Below, one piece after another: positions 1 to 7,943 of a DNA stretch of 14,709 nt (position 1 is the first letter of the stretch; each line of letters opens with the position of its first letter). Origin of the DNA: a bacterium (GTDB taxonomy: Bacteria > Muiribacteriota > UBA6191); assembly GCA_036339875.1 (NCBI GenBank), contig JAYZAC010000032.1:1-14709 (forward strand), written 5' to 3'. The notes under the pieces were generated by a model, which had not been told where the DNA came from, did not search any database, and saw only the letters and a program-made list of their open reading frames with translations. The position numbers were made by a program, and so were the translations under genes.

Positions 1-2
1 TG

Positions 3-917
3 AGCCATCATTTTGCACAATTGACCAGCATATCGAAAGACTTTACAAAGGGCGTAGCTCAGATTGCTTCACAATCTGATGCAACCCGGACAAATGATTA
101 TCATGATATTGATAATATTTTAATGATTCTTCATGATTCCAACCAAGCAGTAGGATCAGCTGAAGAAGCATACTTCAAACTTCATTGTCTTTCCTTTCGA
201 ATAGTCGAACCTCACCAAGTTTCAATGGACGGGGCTTTTGGGCAATTAACTAATGTCGCTTGGTCTAATCTTGGTCCTTTATTGCCAGAGGATGTGCCCG
301 AAATTCGTTTGTCGGCTTTAACAAAAGGTGAGAATCTTCAAATCTCGCACTTAGATAAATTTCCTTATCTGGTTAACTATCATCTGCCGAGTGGGGTTCG
401 AATAGCTTCAGGTAACCGGGTCCGATTAGGTGCCTATTTGGGAGAAGGTACGACTGTCATGCCCGCTGGTTACGTTAATTTCAATGCAGGCTCAAGTGGA
501 ACGGCCATGATTGAAGGTCGAGTATCTGCCGGCGTTTTTATTGGTGATGATACCGACATTGGTGGTGGCGCTTCGATTATGGGTACTCTATCTGGTGGCA
601 ATGAACATGTGATAGAAATTAAGGAAAATTGTCTATTAGGTGCAAACGCTGGCGTTGGTATCTCTCTAGGAAAAGGGTGTACTGTTGAAGCCGGCTTGTA
701 TATCACTGCTGGAATGAAGATAGCCTTAGTTAATCAAGCTAGTCAGCCAGTTGATTTAGAAGGTAATACCGTAGCTGCAGGACAGAACATCTTCAAAGCT
801 CTAGACCTATCTGGTCGGGATAACTGTTTATTTATACGTGATTCACGTACCGGACAAATTATCTGTAAGCCTAACACCAAAGTAATTTCTTTAAATGAGT
901 CTCTCCACGATAACTAG
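3..917 (+). CDS. dapD: 2,3,4,5-tetrahydropyridine-2,6-dicarboxylate N-succinyltransferase (Pseudomonas/actinobacterial-type DapD), probably 5'-truncated by the window
   Basis: Motifs YxKLHxLS, LTNVAWSNLGP, DKFP, PSGVRI, RVRLGAYLGEGTTVM, VNFNAG, IEGRVSAGV, DIGGGASIMGTLSGG, LGANAGVGISLG, VEAGLY and the C-terminal LNESLH. Hexapeptide left-handed beta-helix repeats are present. The frame is open from position 3 (SHHFAQLTS...), so the TTG at 21 is probably not the true start. Confidence 0.92.
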   Translation, partial: SHHFAQLTSISKDFTKGVAQIASQSDATRTNDYHDIDNILMILHDSNQAVGSAEEAYFKLHCLSFRIVEPHQVSMDGAFGQLTNVAWSNLGPLLPEDVPEIRLSALTKGENLQISHLDKFPYLVNYHLPSGVRIASGNRVRLGAYLGEGTTVMPAGYVNFNAGSSGTAMIEGRVSAGVFIGDDTDIGGGASIMGTLSGGNEHVIEIKENCLLGANAGVGISLGKGCTVEAGLYITAGMKIALVNQASQPVDLEGNTVAAGQNIFKALDLSGRDNCLFIRDSRTGQIICKPNTKVISLNESLHDN

Positions 918-1031
918 TCCGGAACTTTGTTCTGCAAATGTATCGATTGCACTTTCGTGCCAAAAATATTATGCTTACTTGAACTGTTCTAGTTTCTAGG
1001 CAATAACTTTTTAGTTACGCTCAGTTGATTC

Positions 1032-1967
1032 TTAAAATGCGACTTGTTCAACCCCTTTTAACGCTAGTAACTGGCGGGCTTCGGCTGGTGTAGCAATTTC
1101 AATAGATAATCGTTCCAGAATCTGTCGGATAATTGTGACTTGTTCTGCGTTTGATTTTGCGAGCCGTCCTTTGCCAGCATATAAGCTGTCTTCTAATCCC
1201 ACTCGAATGCTGCCACCTTTGACTGCTCCCATTGTCACTAACGGTAGTTGATGTCGACCACCAGCTAGAACGCTCCACAAATAGTCATCACCGAATAATT
1301 TATCTGCAATCTGATGCATGTGACTTAGATTGTCGGGATCGGCACCAATACCACCCAAGATACCAAAGATGAATTGTACAAACAGAGGTGGTTTGACCAG
1401 ACCTCTGTCTAAAAAGTGGGCCAAATTATATAAATGACCAACGTCGTAACACTCGAACTCAAATCGTGTGCCGCACCCAACCCCCAAATGCTCCAGAATG
1501 TACTCAATATCTTGGAAAGTATTTCTAAAAATATAATCTCGGCTAGTTTCTAGGTGCTCACGCTCCCACTCGTTTTGAAAATCTGTATAGCGATTAAGCA
1601 TCGGGTATAAAGCAAAATTCATTGACCCCATATTGAGCGAGGTCATTTCTGGTTTCAAACGCAAGGGGCCTCGCAAACGCTCTTGGATCGTCATACCTGG
1701 TCCCCCACCAGTAGTAATATTGATGACAGATTGGCAACCATCCTTTATTTGCGGTAAAAATTGGAGAAAAACCTCTGGATCAGGTGTTGGCCGCCCATCT
1801 GCCGGGTCTCTAGCATGCAAGTGCAAAATTGATGCTCCCGCCTCAGATGCACCAATAGCCTGTTCCGCAATCTGCTCGGGTGTAATTGGCAAGTAAGGTG
1901 ACATAGTTGGTGTATGAATAGCACCAGTGATAGCACATGTAATAATAGCTTTTCGGTTAATAGGCAT
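1032..1967 (-). CDS. Beta-keto acid cleavage enzyme family protein (BKACE/DUF849, 3-keto-5-aminohexanoate cleavage enzyme-like); substrate not assignable
   Basis: Motifs IITCAITG, LPITPEQIA, AGASILHLHARDP (HxH metal motif), INITTGG, SLNMGSMNF, FECYDVGHL, RVGLED (metal Glu) and SNAEQV...IATPAEAR. The 311-aa length fits the family. Confidence 0.92.
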   Translation of the reverse strand: MPINRKAIITCAITGAIHTPTMSPYLPITPEQIAEQAIGASEAGASILHLHARDPADGRPTPDPEVFLQFLPQIKDGCQSVINITTGGGPGMTIQERLRGPLRLKPEMTSLNMGSMNFALYPMLNRYTDFQNEWEREHLETSRDYIFRNTFQDIEYILEHLGVGCGTRFEFECYDVGHLYNLAHFLDRGLVKPPLFVQFIFGILGGIGADPDNLSHMHQIADKLFGDDYLWSVLAGGRHQLPLVTMGAVKGGSIRVGLEDSLYAGKGRLAKSNAEQVTIIRQILERLSIEIATPAEARQLLALKGVEQVAF

Positions 1968-2286
1968 AATTTCTCTTTACTTTTGTGATGAGTGCTTTCT
2001 CTAGCTGACATATTTACATAATTTTGTCTTCGCGTCAAATTTGGGCAGTTTAGTTTTTTAAGAAAATATCGGTCAAAAAGTTGGGGGAAATTGCCTTACC
2101 CTTCCTCTGTTTACTAAACAGTTACTTTTTGCACGAATCTGACATACAATGCCGTATCCTATTGTATTTTTTTACATGACCTGCTTGTTTAGGGGGGATT
2201 TTAATTCATGATGCTATTTGGATTTGGAAATTCCGACTAGATTTTCTATTGTTAGAAAAAATTATGCTGAAAATGTAAATAAAAAT

Positions 2287-2315
2287 TTGCACAAAAATAA
2301 CATTAGGCCTATAAT
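2287..2315 (+). promoter_or_regulatory. Candidate sigma70-type promoter for the rsbW-like/STAS genes
   Basis: TTGCAC (2287-2292), a 17-bp spacer, then a perfect TATAAT (2310-2315). An A/T-rich UP-like tract precedes it. It lies about 145 bp upstream of the ATG at 2460. Confidence 0.55.
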
Positions 2316-2444
2316 GGAAACAGATTTTTGACTTTTAATTTAATTGAAAGAAGTTAACTCTTGTGTTTTCGTTTGTTTGATAATTTGTTAAGTATTAATT
2401 AGATTTTTAGTGTATGTGATTAATTATCACCTGTATAAATGTTT

Positions 2445-2450
2445 AGGAGA
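2445..2450 (+). promoter_or_regulatory. Shine-Dalgarno of the rsbW-like gene
   Basis: AGGAGA 9 nt before ATG 2460. Confidence 0.6.
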
Positions 2451-2459
2451 AATTATTAA

Positions 2460-2888
2460 ATGGAAGCAGGAACGGTGACGACCTCCATACCGAGTATTGA
2501 GGGGTATGAAGAGATCGTTGTAGAGTCTATTGCGACGACAGCTAGGCTTTTTGGAATCTCCGCAAAAAAAATAAATAATCTTCGGGTTGCGGTTAATGAA
2601 GCCTGTATTAATGCTATGGAGCATGGAAATAATTATGACCCAAGTAAGTCTATAGTTGTTTCGTATGCTTGTAAAGACAACAATATGATAGTTACAGTCA
2701 AAGACTCAGGATCTGGAAAAGTTCACCCAGATTTTCGGCGGCCCGACGTAGAAGAACAAGTGAAGAAGTTCAAAACCGAGCGTATTGGTGGTTGGGGCCT
2801 ATTTTTAATGAAATCGTTGGTGGATGAGGTCGATATTTCTGGCTCGGAAGGTAAAGGTACCACGGCAATTTTGAAAATTAGTAATTAG
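2460..2888 (+). CDS. Anti-sigma factor / Ser kinase, RsbW/SpoIIAB-like (HATPase_c fold)
   Basis: N-box AVNEACINAMEHGN, G1 box VKDSGSG, G2 box GGWGLFLMKSLVDEV and G3 box GKGT. Stand-alone 142-aa protein adjacent to a STAS gene. Confidence 0.9.
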   Translation: MEAGTVTTSIPSIEGYEEIVVESIATTARLFGISAKKINNLRVAVNEACINAMEHGNNYDPSKSIVVSYACKDNNMIVTVKDSGSGKVHPDFRRPDVEEQVKKFKTERIGGWGLFLMKSLVDEVDISGSEGKGTTAILKISN

Positions 2889-2940
2889 AAAAAAGTGCTC
2901 GAAATTGTGAGGTTGTGAAGATAGAGGTTATAAAAAATAG

Positions 2941-3309
2941 ATGTCAAAAAGTAAGTCGTTCGGTAAAAATGTTGTCCTTGAAGGCCATGGCGAAATTGAT
3001 AGTTTATATATAAGCAACAATCTTGATGGAAAAACATCGGAAGATGTTCGGTTGGCTTTCGGTGAAATAAAGAAAGAAAAAGTTCTTATTAATCTAGGAC
3101 AAGTCCGATTAACTAGTAGCCGAGGGTTAGCTACCCTGTTGAGTCTTATGCTAGAGGGTGAAGAGGAAGGGGTGATATTTGCTCTCTGCGAAGTCTCGGA
3201 ACCGTGTATGATCATTCTTAATACTATGAATATTATGGAGTACATTGAAGGGGTGGAGATTCTAGATACGACTGAAAACGCAATGAAGTGGTTGAGCGAA
3301 CAAGGTTAA
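2941..3309 (+). CDS. STAS-domain anti-anti-sigma factor (RsbV/SpoIIAA-like)
   Basis: 122 aa. ISNNLDGKTS resembles the SGxLD motif, and VLINLGQVRLTSSRGLATLL resembles vDLsgVxyiDSsGLgvL with the Ser retained. FALCEVS...IILNTMNI and a C-terminal TTENAM also fit. It directly follows the RsbW-like gene. Confidence 0.82.
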   Translation: MSKSKSFGKNVVLEGHGEIDSLYISNNLDGKTSEDVRLAFGEIKKEKVLINLGQVRLTSSRGLATLLSLMLEGEEEGVIFALCEVSEPCMIILNTMNIMEYIEGVEILDTTENAMKWLSEQG

Positions 3310-3637
3310 CCTGTAGTAGATTAATGTAGGTTATATCTAATAATGGGTCAAACCCCTAGGGTGTCTCATCGATGGTATGGGTTATGTTAGGAGTTATCTT
3401 TTTGTTCTTATTTTACTATGCAGTCGTATTGGAATTCGGCCCCATGCAGGTGGGCTTCCTGTGCAAGCTCGGTGTTTATATTCTGAATTGGTAACTTTAA
3501 CGGCTCAATCAACGATATAAACCAATTGCCGATAAATCTTGGTATTGACTACGACGATCTAGTCATTACGTTGATTTTGTTTGAATGTTATTGGGTAGGA
3601 TACATTAAAAAAAGAGTCTTAATCTCAAGTTTGTTCC

Positions 3638-3643
3638 AGGAGG
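3638..3643 (+). promoter_or_regulatory. Shine-Dalgarno of the sensor phosphatase gene
   Basis: AGGAGG 7 nt before ATG 3651. Confidence 0.75.
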
Positions 3644-3650
3644 ACTGTAT

Positions 3651-6600
3651 ATGTACTTCAATAAGTCCCTTTTCGCGTCCTTAATTATGTTAATTTCCCT
3701 TCAAACACACGTATTTTCTAGCTATATTCATGAGTTATCCCACATTGAAGATGATTATATTCCGAGTTGGTTTGTAGTTGGCCCGTTTCCATCAGGCAAC
3801 TTAGATATTGATTATTTTGCTGCAGAAATGGAAGGTGGAGAAAAAGCTTTGTCTGAAAAATACATTGCACCGGAAAGCCACGTCAATTTTCAAGGGAGTG
3901 ATTTGTATTTTCGGGAGAGAAACAGTTCTGGAAATGTACTCGATCTAATAAATTCAGTGGGCAATTCCCCAGGAGCAGTTGCTTATGCCTATTGTGCTTT
4001 AGTGTTAGATGAAGAAAAATATGTTGACCTTGGAATTGGTATAGATGGGGCGTTTGTCTTGTGGGTAAACGGCATTGAGGTTTTAAGAAAACGTATTCCA
4101 CAAAAATTGACATTGGATTCTAACCTTGTGGAAAATTTTCCGCTCAAGAAGGGTCAAAATTTTATTGTTGCTAAAGTATTAAGAGACAGTTCTACTTTTG
4201 TCTTTGACGCAGGTGAATCGGTAGCTAATCTGGGGGAGAAGCCATGGTCGTTTACGCTGAGGATACTACCGAAAGGAAGAGCACACAAAATTTCAGGCAC
4301 TGTATCTGATTCATTTGAGATGAAAGTAACAGAGGCATTAGTAAAATTAGAAGACCAAAATGGTGAAATAATCAGCCAAACGGAAACAAATAATTCCGGT
4401 AATTTTCAATTCGTTGTCTATCCTCCCCGACAACACTACAATCTCAATGTTACATCAGGTAAAGATGGAGCCTCTTTGGTTAATATTAACCCAGAGACTA
4501 ACATTCAACTCAAACTATCTCCTTCTATTAGCATTCAAGGGAAACTAATGACACTCGACAATCTGACTCCTCATGATTCTGTTGTGGTGGAGGCAGTTAA
4601 TAATCAATCTAAAATATTTCGAACCTTAAGTGATGATCAGGGAAATTATGAGTTTGTAAATCTTAAACCTGGCCGTTACCAAGTAAGAGTTCAAACCCCT
4701 ATTGGCCCTATTTTGTATGAGTCTGGTGAGAGACTAAATGTAAGACCAGAACAAACAATCAGCGGTGTTGATCTCGATTTTGCACCACTTAAAAAGGGTC
4801 ATTGGCAGCAATACACCTCTTTAGAAGGGTTACCCAGCCATAACATCAATTCAATGTTAGTTAGCCAAGACGGATCTCTTTGGATAGCTACAGATAATGG
4901 TGTTAGTCATTATGATGGGAATCGATTTCAAAACTTCACTCAGACAGATGGCTTAAGTCATAGCAAAGTTTGGTCAATTTGTAGCAATGAAAAGAGTAAA
5001 GGATTGCAGCCTGATGGGACAGGAGGTGACATTTGGTTTGGCACTGATAATGGCCTTACACGTTATGATGGAAAAGCCTTTAAAGCCTATCGATTTTCAA
5101 AGGGTCAGCAAACAGGTATTACGGGTAATAGCGTTCGTGTCGTATTTCGTTCAGATAACGAAATGATTTGGGTCGGTACAAATCAAGGTTTGACACGAAT
5201 GGATCCAATACGAAACAAATTTCAACCCTATCGAGCTTCAGATCGTCAAGCTGGGGTGGGTGCAATCCCGGATGATTATATTAACGCTATTTCACAAACC
5301 ACTGATGGGTCAATTTGGGTCGGTACACTTGGTGGGGTAGCACAGATTAAAGACAATCGTGTGGTACGAACCTTGACAACTATTGATGGATTACCGGACA
5401 ACAGAGTTCTATCCATAGAAAATGATGGGAATTTTTTATGGATTGGTACAAGAGGGGGGGCTGCCTATTTTGATGGAAAAAATATCTCCAAAGTGTTGAC
5501 TGTTGAGGATGGGCTCGTCAATAATCGTGTGACATCTATTCATCGTGATGTAGATGGTGTCATATGGTTTGGTACAACACAATGGTTTGGTTGGAATCAA
5601 GACTCGAATACTTCATTAACTGGTATTAGCCGATATCAGGAAGATTACTTGATTACTTTCAGCGGCATGCTTATTACTGACATAACGAGTACAATGGATG
5701 GCCTAATCTGGTTTGCGACAGAAAGTGATGGTCTTTTCAGTTATGATGAGAAGGGAATTATCAACTATGACTCGAAAGATGGTCTAACAGGAGTTGATAT
5801 TAGCACCATTTTTGAAGCATCTAACGGAGATATCTGGTTTGGTACTTGGGACCGAGGCGGAGCGATAAAATATGACGGAAATAATTTTCTGACGACAAGT
5901 GTAGAAGACGGCCTGATTGGAAACGGGATAGTTTCTTCTTTTAGCCAAGATAGTAGTAGTAATATTCTCATTGGTACAGGTGGACCTACGAGTGGAATTC
6001 AAATTTATGATGATTCTAGTCAACAAGGTAAATTCTTGGATACTTACACACCCCGTTTAATGGGAAGTACTTTCTGGGGAGTAGGAGTCAATTCAATTTT
6101 AGCGGTCCCTAATGGTATCTTCTGGATGGGAACCTGGGAAGATGGCCTCATAAAATTCGAAAATGGGTTCTTTAGAAGATATACCAGAAATAGTCATGGC
6201 TTAATAGACGATCGTGTTTTTTCGGTAATCGAAGGAAATGATAATTCTGTTTGGATTGCGACGAGAAACGGAGTCGCTCAGTTTAAAAATGGAACTGTAA
6301 TCAATAAAATCGACATAACAAATGGTCTTTTAAATAATCTGGTAAGTTCCATTAGTATAGATAATAAAGGAAATTTGTGGATCGCAGGTAGGGAGAGTGG
6401 CGGAGTAGCCAAATACAATAAAAACTCTAAGCCTCAGATTGAGAACTATACTGTACGAACTACATTGGGTCAGTTGAGTAGCGATTCTGTGAATCTCGTT
6501 TATCACACACCGGATGGTCGTATTTGGTTTGGAACTGCTGGTTCTGGAATATCTATCTATGATCCGAAAGAAAATCTATGGGCTCAATTAAGTACCAAAG

Positions 6601-7916
6601 ATGGTCTGGCTGGTAATTATATACAGGCAATTCACAGAACTACAGACGGAACTGTATGGATCGGAACAACTACAGGTATCACTCGATACAATCCTTCAAA
6701 AGTAGCTTCAAAAGCTAAAATTATCTCTTACCAATCGACTAGCGATCAGACCCCTCAAAATATTGGCCTTTTACAGACTGCTAACTTCAAACTGCGGGCT
6801 AAACGTCGTGTCACTTTCAACTATGGGGCTATTGATTTCAAAGTACCCATTGAAAATCGACGATATAGATGCCGATTAATCAAAGATGGAAAAACTGCTG
6901 ATTGGGGAACTATTACTAAGTCAACAAGTTTCGATTATTCATTCCCCTCCTCTGGGAGATATTTTTTTGAGGTACAGTTTGTAAATCCGGAGCTAAATTA
7001 TTCGGAATCGGAAGTTTTGGCGTTTGACATTGCACCACCACCATTTTATCAACATGAAATATTTTACATTTTTGTTTCTCTTATTGTTCTAGGAGCTGGT
7101 GGATTTGCTGCAGTTCAAACTCGCCAAGCTCTGATTAATCAAGCTGCTATTCGAGAATATCAAAAGCTAGCTGTCCAAGAACTCGAAGATGCTCAAAATA
7201 TTCAGATGAGCTTGATGCCACAAGACCCACCCAATATATCTGGTTTAGATTTCTATGGAACTTCCCAACCGATGGGAGATGTAGGAGGAGATTTTTTTGA
7301 TTATATAATTACCCAAGAAGATCAAGAGATTGCGATTGCGGTTGCCGATGTTAGTGGAAAAATGATGCAGGGAGCTATGAATGCAGTAATGACTGATGGG
7401 ATTTTACAATTGGCCACAAATGAAGCTGATGATCCCAAGCCAGAAGCAATAATAAGTAAAGTAAACGATATCTTAGCACGAAGATTCCAGAGAGATACCA
7501 ACGTAACAATGGTTTTTGGTCTACTAAATACTTTACAAAAAACTTTTACCTTCTGTAATGCTGGTCACCATGCCCATCCTATTTTGTTACGTGACGGCCA
7601 TCTGCAGCAACTGGAGCACTTTGGGTTTCCTTTAGGAATGAAATATCCTATGAATTATAAATCACGAACGGTTAAGCTTCAGGAAAATGACCTAATGTTA
7701 GTTTTTACAGATGGTGTGATTGAGCCGTTAAACGAAGAGGGTAAGATGTATTCAGAAACAGATAGATTAGAGTCTGTCATTTTGGGTTTACCTGAAGGTG
7801 CCTCCCCTGAAACTGCTGTGAATTGCCTGATTGAAGATGTATTGGATCACGCTTCGGATGCGGAAAAGCAAGGGGGTGATGATATTACAGTTGTTGGAAT
7901 TCGAATAACATCTTAA
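3651..7916 (+). CDS. Membrane-anchored sensor Ser phosphatase: signal peptide, PA14-like beta-sandwich, 2x carboxypeptidase-regulatory-like domains, double beta-propeller (Reg_prop), YYY-like domain, TM helix, SpoIIE/RsbU PP2C
   Basis: N-terminal hydrophobic signal. WFVVGPF...AYAY...LWVNG...LKKGQN..KV...WSFTLRI (3768-4265). Two I-x-G-[TK]...[TS]DxxGx[FY]xF-type repeats (~4284-4785). Fourteen [IL]W[IF]GT-type blades, many with xDGL/EGL motifs (~4790-6690). YRCRL..W...GRYFFEV. TM IFYIFVSLIVLGAGGFAAV (7059-7115). PP2C motifs VGGDFFD, VADVSGK, NAGH, FTDGVIE and DDITVV keep their metal-binding Asp residues. Confidence 0.9.
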   Translation: MYFNKSLFASLIMLISLQTHVFSSYIHELSHIEDDYIPSWFVVGPFPSGNLDIDYFAAEMEGGEKALSEKYIAPESHVNFQGSDLYFRERNSSGNVLDLINSVGNSPGAVAYAYCALVLDEEKYVDLGIGIDGAFVLWVNGIEVLRKRIPQKLTLDSNLVENFPLKKGQNFIVAKVLRDSSTFVFDAGESVANLGEKPWSFTLRILPKGRAHKISGTVSDSFEMKVTEALVKLEDQNGEIISQTETNNSGNFQFVVYPPRQHYNLNVTSGKDGASLVNINPETNIQLKLSPSISIQGKLMTLDNLTPHDSVVVEAVNNQSKIFRTLSDDQGNYEFVNLKPGRYQVRVQTPIGPILYESGERLNVRPEQTISGVDLDFAPLKKGHWQQYTSLEGLPSHNINSMLVSQDGSLWIATDNGVSHYDGNRFQNFTQTDGLSHSKVWSICSNEKSKGLQPDGTGGDIWFGTDNGLTRYDGKAFKAYRFSKGQQTGITGNSVRVVFRSDNEMIWVGTNQGLTRMDPIRNKFQPYRASDRQAGVGAIPDDYINAISQTTDGSIWVGTLGGVAQIKDNRVVRTLTTIDGLPDNRVLSIENDGNFLWIGTRGGAAYFDGKNISKVLTVEDGLVNNRVTSIHRDVDGVIWFGTTQWFGWNQDSNTSLTGISRYQEDYLITFSGMLITDITSTMDGLIWFATESDGLFSYDEKGIINYDSKDGLTGVDISTIFEASNGDIWFGTWDRGGAIKYDGNNFLTTSVEDGLIGNGIVSSFSQDSSSNILIGTGGPTSGIQIYDDSSQQGKFLDTYTPRLMGSTFWGVGVNSILAVPNGIFWMGTWEDGLIKFENGFFRRYTRNSHGLIDDRVFSVIEGNDNSVWIATRNGVAQFKNGTVINKIDITNGLLNNLVSSISIDNKGNLWIAGRESGGVAKYNKNSKPQIENYTVRTTLGQLSSDSVNLVYHTPDGRIWFGTAGSGISIYDPKENLWAQLSTKDGLAGNYIQAIHRTTDGTVWIGTTTGITRYNPSKVASKAKIISYQSTSDQTPQNIGLLQTANFKLRAKRRVTFNYGAIDFKVPIENRRYRCRLIKDGKTADWGTITKSTSFDYSFPSSGRYFFEVQFVNPELNYSESEVLAFDIAPPPFYQHEIFYIFVSLIVLGAGGFAAVQTRQALINQAAIREYQKLAVQELEDAQNIQMSLMPQDPPNISGLDFYGTSQPMGDVGGDFFDYIITQEDQEIAIAVADVSGKMMQGAMNAVMTDGILQLATNEADDPKPEAIISKVNDILARRFQRDTNVTMVFGLLNTLQKTFTFCNAGHHAHPILLRDGHLQQLEHFGFPLGMKYPMNYKSRTVKLQENDLMLVFTDGVIEPLNEEGKMYSETDRLESVILGLPEGASPETAVNCLIEDVLDHASDAEKQGGDDITVVGIRITS

Positions 7917-7930
7917 AGAGAGAGATCAGA

Positions 7931-7936
7931 AAGGAG
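7931..7936 (+). promoter_or_regulatory. Shine-Dalgarno of the HEAT lipoprotein gene
   Basis: AAGGAG 7 nt before ATG 7944. The gene starts only 27 bp after the phosphatase stop, which suggests an operon. Confidence 0.7.
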
Positions 7937-7943
7937 TAAGAAA

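Noticed and set aside
918..1031. Bidirectional terminator between dapD and the BKACE gene
   Set aside because: Only weak 4-5 bp stems are present (GCAC/GTGC, TAACT/AGTTA), with no GC-rich hairpin plus U-tract.
3..1967. Functional link between dapD (lysine synthesis) and the Kce-like gene (lysine fermentation)
   Set aside because: The genes are convergent, BKACE enzymes act on many substrates, and no other lysine fermentation genes are present.
2107..2121. Proteobacterial SOS box
   Set aside because: The spacing is CTGT-N7-ACAG rather than N8, and the adjacent genes are not SOS genes.
470..3245. Short overlapping ORFs 470-706, 1633-1896, 1745-2038, 2427-2624 and 2928-3245
   Set aside because: They are antisense or out-of-frame shadows of well-supported genes and carry no motifs.
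3570..3600. SigB-type promoter (GTTT...GGGTA) upstream of the sensor
   Set aside because: GTTTGA and GGGTAG are only 8 bp apart, too short for SigB spacing.
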